Assembly: GCA_040830765.1 (NCBI GenBank)
Contig: JBFOMH010000001.1
Location: 19,201-83,200, forward strand
Source: Puniceicoccaceae bacterium
GTDB lineage: Bacteria; Verrucomicrobiota; Verrucomicrobiia; Opitutales; Oceanipulchritudinaceae
Length of the DNA: 64,000 nucleotides
Direction of reading: 5' to 3'
The position numbers were made by a program, and so were the translations under genes. Shown in pieces: positions 38,882 to 47,822 of this stretch; position 1 is the first letter of the stretch, and each line of letters opens with the position of its first letter. The notes beneath the pieces are model-generated. The model was not told the DNA's origin, made no database searches, and was given only the letters and a program-made list of their open reading frames with translations.

Positions 38882-39789
38882 GAGAGAGAGAGATTGAAGT
38901 GTTCGGCAGCAGTCGATGAACAAATTTCTACGACTTTACCCCGTGGGAGGTCGAGCCACTTAACGGCATTGTCCACAGCCTGGTCCATGGTCAGGGAAGA
39001 TCCCGCAAAACGGGTGTCTCCGGGTAAGTGGACAACTCCATCAGACCCGACGTCCATCTCATGTGGACCGATCCGGTAGCGCCCGGGAGGTCCACCGGCG
39101 GCGGACATGCAGTCAGTCGTGAAGAAGACATTCCCCTTTTTTGCATTGTAGAAGTTTTTCAATACAAAGGGCGGAAGATGAATGCCGTCGGGGATGAGGC
39201 AAGCGATCAGGGCATCCCGGGAAAGAAGGCGCTGGATGACATTGTCATGGCGGTCCATGATTGAAGGCACCGCGTTGCCCAGGTGGGTCGCGAGGGTCGC
39301 GCCGCATGCAATGGCGGTATCGATGGCCTCCATTGACGGATTGCAATGCCCAAGGGCAATACGCACACCGTCGGAGCAGGCATTTTCAATCAAATCCGGG
39401 CTTCCTGGAAGTTCGGGAGCAAGGGTGAGCAGTTTCAAATTTCCACCGGCAGCATCCTTCAGGCGCTGGTAATCATCAAGGGATGGCTGACGGGCCAACT
39501 CCACCGGATGGGCACCGTGGTATCCCGGTTCTTTTGAAATCCATGGACCCTCAAGGTGATAACCGGCGATGGTCTGCGCAAGCAGTGGATCCTGTTCACG
39601 GAATGTCTCTATCCGCTCCAACTTGCGACAGAGGTTCTCCACTTCATCCGTGATCAAGGTGAGGAAAATGGCTACTGTTTGATGGGCATGAAGGGCATCA
39701 GCCGCCTTTCCTAGCTCCTCCATGGTCAAATTGTCGGACTGGAAATCCACCCCGGCAAACCCGTTCACCTGAAAGTCAAATAGCCGCAT
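38878..39789 (-). CDS. nagA: N-acetylglucosamine-6-phosphate deacetylase-like amidohydrolase (short form)
   Basis: DFQVNGFAGVDF, HLEGPW, TLAPE, GH, THLGN, PDGIH, TD. Confidence 0.8.
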   Translation of the reverse strand: MRLFDFQVNGFAGVDFQSDNLTMEELGKAADALHAHQTVAIFLTLITDEVENLCRKLERIETFREQDPLLAQTIAGYHLEGPWISKEPGYHGAHPVELARQPSLDDYQRLKDAAGGNLKLLTLAPELPGSPDLIENACSDGVRIALGHCNPSMEAIDTAIACGATLATHLGNAVPSIMDRHDNVIQRLLSRDALIACLIPDGIHLPPFVLKNFYNAKKGNVFFTTDCMSAAGGPPGRYRIGPHEMDVGSDGVVHLPGDTRFAGSSLTMDQAVDNAVKWLDLPRGKVVEICSSTAAEHFNLSLS

Positions 39790-41114
39790 CAGCCCTTCCC
39801 CCAGCCCATTTGGCGCCGGATGGATTGCATAAGATACATCAGGCAGCGGGGTTGATGGAAGTTCCCCATCCGGTACGGTGAAATGCCTTCCCGCTGCTTG
39901 TCTCTCCCCTGTCGATCAACGGCCTGGCGCCACACGCCATGGGGAGTGGTCATGGTTTCCTGAAGGTAGAACCAGCTCTTGTTAAACCAGTCTCGGGCCC
40001 AGGTTTCGCCCGAAAGCTCATAGGCCAGCATGGTCCCGATGCACACCTCCGTCTGCGCCCACATGGTCTTGATATCCATGACCGGACCGGCCGGGTGTCC
40101 ATCCGTTGCCACCGCATGATAGGCAGTGTCGCAGGTGCCGCCGAATTCCTCATCCCAGCTGATTTCAATGAGATGGCGCATCCTATCCCGGAAATTCGCT
40201 TCCATATCGGCTTTGCCTAATCGTCTTGCTGCCAGCATGCCCATCCATTGGGCTTCAATGCTATGGCCAGGCACCATGAATCCAGCCTGCGTGGGAAGTC
40301 GCGCATAGTCATGTTCGAGAATCTCATTGGAAATGCCGAACTCCGGATTCCAGAATTTGGAATGGAGCAGTTCCAAGTGTTCTGATAGCACCTCCTCAAG
40401 AATCGGATCGGGAGACAACTCGAGCAATTGCGGAATGACCCAGAGAAACATGAATGTATGACCCTGTGAACGCAGACCGCTATTTTCCACTCCCGGGGCA
40501 GTAACGCCCGCATAAGCCGGATCCTCATACCGCTTGATCGATTTCCGCAAGGCTAGTCGGGCGAGTTCGAGGTCCTCTTCTCTTCCCATGGCTTTGGCGA
40601 GGGCAATGAGACCAGCTGCGGCAAACAACGCCCCGTAAATGTTTTGGGAACGGTCGACGGCAATGCTCCCAGTGGGGTTTCCCCCGCGGTCAACCGTGGT
40701 CAGCCAGGTACCGTCGCCTCGATGCATATACCGGACCATGAACTCCCTTGCCATCCGGGCACGGGTCAGGAGCCAGTGCCGGTCGGGAGATTGCGCGAAA
40801 GCATTGTAGTAATGGGAATAGACCCAAATGCCCCGGCCCTGGTACCAGATGTCCTTGCGCGGATCCTGGACACTGCCGTCCGGATAAAGGTAGCAGATAA
40901 ACCCTCCCAGCTCGCCATCGTGTCCCCCGTTCTCCCAGAAGGGAAAGTATTCCTTCAATAACTGGCGCTGACAGGCGTTATAAAATTCGGCCAAGGTTGA
41001 TTGTGAAAACCGCAGGGGCCCTTCCCCCGCGTCCCCGAAGGCCCACGTTCTTCCTAAAAGCGCCCCACCGAGACCTGCGGCTAGGGTGCGTCCTATGAAT
41101 GTCCGTCGATTCAT
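39789..41114 (-). CDS. AGE-family (N-acylglucosamine 2-epimerase-like) epimerase with Tat signal
   Basis: MNRRTFIG..LAAG twin-arginine signal; PFW...D.E.GGF, KDIWYQGRGIW..S, PGHSIE..W, K..W.Q.E, FH.PR. Confidence 0.82.
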   Translation of the reverse strand: MNRRTFIGRTLAAGLGGALLGRTWAFGDAGEGPLRFSQSTLAEFYNACQRQLLKEYFPFWENGGHDGELGGFICYLYPDGSVQDPRKDIWYQGRGIWVYSHYYNAFAQSPDRHWLLTRARMAREFMVRYMHRGDGTWLTTVDRGGNPTGSIAVDRSQNIYGALFAAAGLIALAKAMGREEDLELARLALRKSIKRYEDPAYAGVTAPGVENSGLRSQGHTFMFLWVIPQLLELSPDPILEEVLSEHLELLHSKFWNPEFGISNEILEHDYARLPTQAGFMVPGHSIEAQWMGMLAARRLGKADMEANFRDRMRHLIEISWDEEFGGTCDTAYHAVATDGHPAGPVMDIKTMWAQTEVCIGTMLAYELSGETWARDWFNKSWFYLQETMTTPHGVWRQAVDRQGRDKQREGISPYRMGNFHQPRCLMYLMQSIRRQMGWGKG

Positions 41115-41233
41115 TGAATTCCAGATCAGCGTAATTGTGGGGTGGATTGCCCGCCATTCCAAGCGCGAACCGTTGTTCCGTAAACTGCAATTTTTACCTG
41201 CCAATTGAAAGTGGACCTTGCATAATCCCCCCC

Positions 41234-42301
41234 ATGAAACTTGGACTCGGCCTCTATCGACAGTCCCTCACGGCAGAGAATTTCCGTTTTGCCCGCCAAT
41301 GCGGGGCCACCCATGTTGTGGTTCACCTGGTCGATTATTTCGGGGGCAGCAATCCGACCCTGAGCCGGGGAGACGACTTGCGCGGCTGGGGAGTCACCCA
41401 GGCGCAGGGACAGCTCTGGTCAGCCGAGGAGCTGCTGGCGCTCCGCAAGGAGGTTGAGCGACACGGACTGGTGTTGGAGGCAATCGAGAATTTCGATCCT
41501 GCCCACTGGCACGATGTCCTGCTGGATGGGCCGAACAAAGACGCCCAACTGGAGGACCTCAAGCAGACTATCCGCAATCTCGGCAAGGCTGGCATTCCGG
41601 TGATGGGCTATAACTTCAGCATCGCGGGTGTCTGGGGATGGACCAAACAGTCAATCGGACGGGGGAAGGCCCCATCACTGGTGTTCGACGAAAGGGATGT
41701 TGATCTCTCCATGCCAATGCCCAACGGGATGGTCTGGAATATGACCTATGATATGGATGCTACGGAGGGGAATGTCCCGGGTGTTTCGGAGACGGAACTG
41801 TGGCAGCGCTTAAAAACCTTTCTTGAGGCGGTTTTGCCCATTGCGGAAGAGTGTGGGGTCCGGCTTGCCGCGCATCCGGATGATCCGCCGGTCCAGACGC
41901 TTCGGGGCCACGCCCGTCTGGTCAACCATCCGGACAAGTTCAACAGGCTCCTCGAGCTGGTTCCCAGTCCGGCCAGTGTCATCGAGTACTGCATGGGAAC
42001 CGTCCAGGAGATGCCGGAGGGTGACTTGTACAGCAGTCTCGATGACCTGTCCTCAGCCGGTAAGATCGCCTATGTGCACGCGCGGAATGTTATCGGAAAA
42101 GTCCCCCGCTACCGTGAGGTGTTTATTGATGAGGGGGATATCGACATGCGCCGGGCATTGGGCATTCTGGCGAAGAACAACTTCGACGGTGTGATCATAC
42201 CGGACCATACCCCCGAAGTCTCCTGCTCCGCTTCCTGGCACGCCGGTATGGCCCATGCCATGGGATACCTTAAAGCACTGATTGACAGCATCGATTCCTG
42301 A
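41234..42301 (+). CDS. uxuA: Mannonate dehydratase (UxuA family)
   Basis: IRNLGKAGIPVMGYNF, LAAHPDDPP, YVHARNV, EVFIDEGD.DM, IPDHTP. Confidence 0.88.
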   Translation: MKLGLGLYRQSLTAENFRFARQCGATHVVVHLVDYFGGSNPTLSRGDDLRGWGVTQAQGQLWSAEELLALRKEVERHGLVLEAIENFDPAHWHDVLLDGPNKDAQLEDLKQTIRNLGKAGIPVMGYNFSIAGVWGWTKQSIGRGKAPSLVFDERDVDLSMPMPNGMVWNMTYDMDATEGNVPGVSETELWQRLKTFLEAVLPIAEECGVRLAAHPDDPPVQTLRGHARLVNHPDKFNRLLELVPSPASVIEYCMGTVQEMPEGDLYSSLDDLSSAGKIAYVHARNVIGKVPRYREVFIDEGDIDMRRALGILAKNNFDGVIIPDHTPEVSCSASWHAGMAHAMGYLKALIDSIDS

Positions 42302-42324
42302 AAGCTACCTAGAACAATATTTCG

Positions 42325-44235
42325 ATGGAATCTGTGAAGGAACCAGTAGCTGCAAGACCTCCCCGGCCATGGGCCTTTCTTGGAGGGAGGATATTAATCT
42401 ATGCCCTGATATTGGCGTCGGTCTTCACAGCGGCGGGTATATTCATGGAGTACGGCTATTACGACGATTTCTGGCAACTGTACTTTTACCAGCATGGGAA
42501 GTTTGAGGCACCAACTTCCCTCTTCTATCAGTGCGGCCGGCCAGTGCAGGACCTGTTGTCGCGTCCGCTTTTCACGGGCATCGACAGTATCAGCGGATTG
42601 GCATGGATTCGGGCCCTCAACCTTCTTGTATTCATCGCATTTGCCGGACTACTGATTTACCTTTTTGAAAGCCTCGGTAGATTCCGCAAAGCAAGTCTCC
42701 CACTGGCACTGATTGCCACGCTAACCCCTGCCACTGGCATAATCTTAGCCTGGGCGACAATGGTCCATGCGCCGGTTTCGCTCCTGTTATCCTTAATCGC
42801 GGGTACCGGTACCCTGCGTGTGTTGGAGAGTCGCCAGATGGCGACTACTTCCAAATTGGGATGGCTGCTACTCTTCCTGGTAATGACCTTGCTTGCGGAG
42901 ATGAGTTACCAACCGTCTGCAGGCGCTTTCCTTCTTCCTTTTATCATCCATCTGGCACGTTCGGGTAATGAAAGAGAAGTGACGCTTTTAGCACTCAAGG
43001 GTGTCCTTTTCTTCCTGCTGGTACTGGTCCTCTACTACATCATCTATAAAATCAGCGTTCTCCTGTGGGTTGGCGAAGGCTGGTTCACTGCAAGGGCTGA
43101 ACCTGGGGCCAATCTGGTTGGTCAGCTTTTGTTCTATCTAACGCATATTCTCAGCCTGGCCGCTTCTTACTGGGAAGTCTTCAGGACAGCGTTACCCGCC
43201 TCCGGGTTTGAAGTTATCCTCGATCGGCTCGCCAATCCCGCTTTAACCATTGCCGTTCTCGGTCTCTGTGTTTACACGTGGCTCCATCCAGTCAGGAGCA
43301 ATCCCCGCGACCCGTGCCGCTGGCTAGGGGCCGCACTGGGACCCTGTTTCATCGGATTGATCCTCGCCCCCGCGATTCTCTCCAGTGAACAGTACTTCAA
43401 TTTCCGGCTGTTCAGTGTCCTCTATATTGCCCTGGTTATCTGGTCGGCCACCGGTCTTGGGCACTTATGGAAACGGTTCCTTCAAAATCATTCAGGATCT
43501 CCAACAGTTGTCTTTGCGTGGATTCTGGCCGCTTACTTTGGATTACAATCGTGGACGCACGTTCGTCACGACCTTATCGAACCGGTCCGTCAAGAATACT
43601 CGATACTGACGGATGCTGTCCTTGGCACCTATGAGGAATACCCGACGTCCATGGTTTACGTGGCCCCCGCTGAGGAATACGCCACGCTGAGCCTCAAAAA
43701 GTCGCGCATCAGCGATTACGGCATCCCGCTGGCCACCCTGCCCTACGGACCACAGCACTTGATTAAGCTGGTCCTTAACAAGCACTTGACCGGGAAATTG
43801 GCTCACCCTCGAAGTGAAAAGGTGGAAGCACTTTTTATCGAGCCAGGGCGTTTCATCGCAAGTGACTGGGTCCGACCCTTGAGGGCTGACTTGTTGTTTG
43901 CGGATTCCATAAGTCCTCCCATTGAACCGGAGTCTCGAATGACCCCAGATCCAGTTTTCGGGCAGGTGATGTCACTTTCAGACGACTGGATCTTCTCAAG
44001 GAAATTTGGGTACCTCAACTTAAGTGAGTATCCACACCTTCTGCACCTGAACTTTGGCTGGATGTACTATTATCCTGAATTCGGTTACATAGAGTTTCAG
44101 CACCCCAACCATGGAAAGCTCAACTCCATGCTCAAGGACTTCCACTACTGGCAGGACGAATCCGGCAACTATTATACCCTGGAAGCCGAGAAGGGAGTGG
44201 TCCATTTCAGGCCATTCAACACAGGTGGTTCCTAA
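42325..44235 (+). CDS. Multi-pass membrane protein, glucosyltransferase II (GtrII/GT-C)-like, with W/Y-rich C-terminal domain
   Basis: YYDDF, CGRP, SYQP and R motifs in about 11 TM segments; soluble aromatic tail. Confidence 0.65.
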   Translation: MESVKEPVAARPPRPWAFLGGRILIYALILASVFTAAGIFMEYGYYDDFWQLYFYQHGKFEAPTSLFYQCGRPVQDLLSRPLFTGIDSISGLAWIRALNLLVFIAFAGLLIYLFESLGRFRKASLPLALIATLTPATGIILAWATMVHAPVSLLLSLIAGTGTLRVLESRQMATTSKLGWLLLFLVMTLLAEMSYQPSAGAFLLPFIIHLARSGNEREVTLLALKGVLFFLLVLVLYYIIYKISVLLWVGEGWFTARAEPGANLVGQLLFYLTHILSLAASYWEVFRTALPASGFEVILDRLANPALTIAVLGLCVYTWLHPVRSNPRDPCRWLGAALGPCFIGLILAPAILSSEQYFNFRLFSVLYIALVIWSATGLGHLWKRFLQNHSGSPTVVFAWILAAYFGLQSWTHVRHDLIEPVRQEYSILTDAVLGTYEEYPTSMVYVAPAEEYATLSLKKSRISDYGIPLATLPYGPQHLIKLVLNKHLTGKLAHPRSEKVEALFIEPGRFIASDWVRPLRADLLFADSISPPIEPESRMTPDPVFGQVMSLSDDWIFSRKFGYLNLSEYPHLLHLNFGWMYYYPEFGYIEFQHPNHGKLNSMLKDFHYWQDESGNYYTLEAEKGVVHFRPFNTGGS

Positions 44236-44244
44236 GCCAGAACC

Positions 44245-44718
44245 TTATCTTGAGCAGGGATGCTCTGGATTACTGGCGTACCATGCCTGCAACTTGGTCT
44301 CCGCCAGTTCCCGTTCCGTATCCGTCAGTGCCTGGTACTTGCGATCATAGCTCCAGCCGTAGCCCCAACGGTACCAGTTGTAGAAATACGGGCTTCCACC
44401 GAGGCGAACACCCTCGTACATCAGATCGGCCAGATCGGCATTGCCAGTCTTCTCCAAAACGCACTCCCGGAGGGCGATATCGGCAGCCAGTCGCTCCTCC
44501 TCGGTTCCACCCATCCAGTAGGCAATATCGTGCTCAAAACAGCAGTCGCACCAGTCTTCTTCAAGAATCAGCGAACGATCAGGGAAAAGGGAACAGCCGT
44601 CACTGCGGAAATCCGCCAAACCAGGAGTTTTCTGGCAACCCGCCAGCACTCCGAACAGCAGCAGGACAAGCGCGTAGCATATCCATAAGCCTGAGTTTTC
44701 TTTTTTGGGAACTCCCAT
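44245..44718 (-). CDS. Cys-rich lipoprotein with phospholipase-A2-like motif
   Basis: Lipobox LAGC; DGCS..PD...WCDCCFEHDIAY..GG....R..AD..L..CV...MY.GVR.GG. Confidence 0.6.
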   Translation of the reverse strand: MGVPKKENSGLWICYALVLLLFGVLAGCQKTPGLADFRSDGCSLFPDRSLILEEDWCDCCFEHDIAYWMGGTEEERLAADIALRECVLEKTGNADLADLMYEGVRLGGSPYFYNWYRWGYGWSYDRKYQALTDTERELAETKLQAWYASNPEHPCSR

Positions 44719-44760
44719 CGGTCAGGAGTCAAAATCACCAACCAGAACCCAGGGGCAAGA

Positions 44761-46437
44761 TTAATCCTTCTGGCTCAGTAACTGGAGGATGTTCACGGAG
44801 TGGTCCCCAATGCTTTCAATCTCGTTCAACATTTCGAGATAGAGCATTTCCGTCTTGATGTTGGCGGGGTCCTTCATCCGGCGGACGGCCTCCTTGCGCA
44901 GCTTCTTGCGCGAAAGGTGAATTGTCCGTTCCAGCTGTGCGGCAATCTCCATGTCGGCTGCCTTGACCGTCCCTTCCAGGTTTTCGATGTAGAAGGTGAT
45001 GAACTGGTCAACCGGACCGGTAAAGTCCCGCATGGCCTCCTGGATTGCCTCCGGCAGCATCCGCTTTTTCCGGTACTTGCTTTTGGCAATCCGGACCAGT
45101 TGATAGGTACAGTCACCAATCTGTTCGAGTTCGGCGACGATCCGCAGAAAGACCGTGACCTCCTGCAGTCTCTCCCGGCTCAATTCGGAGGAAGTACAAT
45201 AAATGAGGTACTGGGTAATCTCAAAAGCCATCCGGTCACTGCGTTCCTCCATCTCCTTGAGCATCCGGACCCGGTCCGACATGTCCGTTTCCGGATTTTC
45301 AAAGACCTCCGTGAAGCCGCGAAACATCTTCCGGGTCAATTCAGCCATGTTCCTGACCTCCCGCTCAGCCTGGGCAAGGTTGATTTCGCCAGTCTGGGGA
45401 AGGTTGGTAGAATAAATCTGAAGAAAATCACTGTCTTCCTCATCCCCGTTTTCGGTCCGGACCATCCAGCGTGCGATCCGCTCCAGTTGGGGAACAAAGC
45501 CCACCAGGACGAGAATATTGCAGAAGTTGAAGAGGGAATGGAATAAGGCCAGGTGATACAACGTATGCGCCGGGTCATCGGCCGGTCCACGGGATATGAA
45601 ATCGACCAGATCGGTGAACGGGCCAAAGAGGAACAACATCCACAGCACCCCCAGCATATTGAAAAGAAGGTGCGCCCTTGCCGCCCGCTTGGCTGTGTTA
45701 TTTGTGGTCAGGGCAGCAAGGTTGGCGGTAATGGTTGTCCCGATATTCTCACCGAGGACAATTGCGGCGGCACTCTCGTAGTCGATCCAGCCTTTTGCTG
45801 CGAGGGTCAGGGTAATGGCTCCGGCTACCGAAGAGGACTGGACAAGTACCGTGAGGAGGATCCCAAACCCGATGAAGAGCAGGAAAGACCCGTATCCATA
45901 GCCGCGCCAATCCTGGAGGAAGGCAAACAGTTCCGGATTCGATTTCACATCCGGCACGGAGTCCTTAAGGAAGGATAATCCCAGAAAAAGAATCCCGAAT
46001 CCAATCAGGGCTTCGCCACTGTCCCGCAACTTGGGCTGGCTGAAGAAAATCAGCGCTACCCCGATGCCCACACAGGGCAAGGCTACCGTGGAGAGACTGA
46101 ATTTGAAGCCAACAAAGGCGACAATCCAGAAGGTCGTCGTTGTCCCGAGGTTGGCCCCCATGATCATCCCGATGGATTCCCGCAGGGTCAGCAACCGCGC
46201 ATTGACGAAACTGACAATCATCACCGTGGTGGCACTGGATGACTGAACCATCGTGGTCACCAGGGTCCCGGCAAATATCCCGGAAATCCGGTTGCGGGTC
46301 ATATTCCGCATGAGGGATCGCAGGCCCTCCCCGGAGACCTTTTGCAGGCCCTGGCTCATGACCTTCATCCCAAAAAGGAAAAGGCCGAGACTACCAAAAA
46401 TTGCGAACAGCGTGGAAAAGAGGCTGGGAGTTTCCAT
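44761..46437 (-). CDS. Na+/phosphate cotransporter (NptA/YjbB family) with PhoU-like C-terminus
   Basis: Two VQSSS...G.N.GTT.T repeats; ELEQIGD and EIESIGDH. Confidence 0.92.
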   Translation of the reverse strand: METPSLFSTLFAIFGSLGLFLFGMKVMSQGLQKVSGEGLRSLMRNMTRNRISGIFAGTLVTTMVQSSSATTVMIVSFVNARLLTLRESIGMIMGANLGTTTTFWIVAFVGFKFSLSTVALPCVGIGVALIFFSQPKLRDSGEALIGFGILFLGLSFLKDSVPDVKSNPELFAFLQDWRGYGYGSFLLFIGFGILLTVLVQSSSVAGAITLTLAAKGWIDYESAAAIVLGENIGTTITANLAALTTNNTAKRAARAHLLFNMLGVLWMLFLFGPFTDLVDFISRGPADDPAHTLYHLALFHSLFNFCNILVLVGFVPQLERIARWMVRTENGDEEDSDFLQIYSTNLPQTGEINLAQAEREVRNMAELTRKMFRGFTEVFENPETDMSDRVRMLKEMEERSDRMAFEITQYLIYCTSSELSRERLQEVTVFLRIVAELEQIGDCTYQLVRIAKSKYRKKRMLPEAIQEAMRDFTGPVDQFITFYIENLEGTVKAADMEIAAQLERTIHLSRKKLRKEAVRRMKDPANIKTEMLYLEMLNEIESIGDHSVNILQLLSQKD

Positions 46438-46530
46438 GGGGTTGCCTGTCACACAAATGTAACATTCCATTTCCGCAACAAAAAACACCCCCAATTGGAG
46501 GATGAATGGATTTCAGGCTGGTGAAATGCC

Positions 46531-47700
46531 CTAAAAGGCCTCGCCGACACCGACGTAGATCTCGTGATCGTTCTTCCCCCAGCCGATATCAACCCGCAAA
46601 CTGATGTCGTTCTCCTTGGCCAGGACCCAGCGCAGGCCGCCCCCATAGCTCGGTAGGGCCTCTTCAAGGTCATCCAGTCCCGGTCCAACACCACCAATCC
46701 CGGCAAATGCCACAATGCCAAACCGCTTGGTCAGGCGTAGCCGGTATTCAGCTTGTCCCGCCACAAGGGCATTGTCCCGGTAAACGCCTGCCAGGTATCC
46801 CCGAAGGTCGCTCCCCTGCCCCATTGCCGGAAGGACGAAGAAAGGCGCTCTTCCAGCTGCATATTTGCCAGCCACCCGCATTGCCAATACCTGATTGTCA
46901 CCGAGCGAGAGGTAATGGTTCCACTCCAGCTTGTAGAGGCTGTATTCAAAGTCACTCCCCCATGAATCAGAACTCAAGGTAACCTGCAGGCTCGCCAGGG
47001 TTCCTGAATGCGGATAAAAGTCATTGTCGCGGGTATCGTAGAGCAGACGGGGAATCAGACTGACGATATCCATCACGAGGCCTTTTTCCGGACCCGGCAG
47101 ATCAAGATTCAGGGTTGGGAATCCAATGTCCGTTACCTCCGTCCGGGTCCCAACCAGCCGCATCCCGAAGTACAAATTCGGGGAAATCTCCCGCAAGGCC
47201 TCAAGGACTCCGCCTCCAAAGGTTTGGGAAAGTTCGATGTATCGATCCCTATCACCACCGATATTGCCGAACCCGTAGTAATTGTAGTTGATATCAGCGT
47301 AAGCAAGGGCCGACATCAGACGCCACTTGTCGTGCCCGAGGTTCATGCGGTGGAAAAGTCCGCCCCCCCAGCTCTCATTTTCGGAATAAAAACCACCCAC
47401 GCCGGTCATCCAAGCCGGGTCTTCCGGATTGGCCGATTCGGGCCGGTAAACGCGGGCTACTGGCACTGCCAGTGTCCAGCCAAAGGTGGGGCTGTAAGAC
47501 GGAATGGGAGCAATCAGCCATTCATTGCCGGCGGCATCAGTTTCCACCAAGCCGAAAGCCCGGGCTTCCTCAAGCGTTTCTTCAATATCAAGATCAGTGG
47601 TGGCTCCGCCATCCTCGGCCCAGGACAAAGAACCGGGAAGAAGAAATGAGCAAAGGGAGATTAGCCATGCCTGAAAGCATCTTGCCCGCATCAATCGCAT
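46531..47700 (-). CDS. Omp85/BamA-TamA-family outer-membrane barrel lacking POTRA domains
   Basis: Signal peptide; YDTRDNDFYP.SG, LRGY..G.YRD, YGGGLRW, ends VGVGEAF; only 389 aa. Confidence 0.82.
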   Translation of the reverse strand: MRLMRARCFQAWLISLCSFLLPGSLSWAEDGGATTDLDIEETLEEARAFGLVETDAAGNEWLIAPIPSYSPTFGWTLAVPVARVYRPESANPEDPAWMTGVGGFYSENESWGGGLFHRMNLGHDKWRLMSALAYADINYNYYGFGNIGGDRDRYIELSQTFGGGVLEALREISPNLYFGMRLVGTRTEVTDIGFPTLNLDLPGPEKGLVMDIVSLIPRLLYDTRDNDFYPHSGTLASLQVTLSSDSWGSDFEYSLYKLEWNHYLSLGDNQVLAMRVAGKYAAGRAPFFVLPAMGQGSDLRGYLAGVYRDNALVAGQAEYRLRLTKRFGIVAFAGIGGVGPGLDDLEEALPSYGGGLRWVLAKENDISLRVDIGWGKNDHEIYVGVGEAF

Positions 47701-47822
47701 AATTTGAGAATAAATTTCCGAAATCCCCTACAGGCAAAGTAATTCTGGAGGGGTTCTCCAGGAAATCGCTGTTTACAATTAATAATTATCAGGTATAGAG
47801 ATTTTTTCTACTGCAATCCTTT

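Noticed and set aside
46531..47700. Calling this gene bamA
   Set aside because: It lacks POTRA domains and the usual skp/lpxD context.
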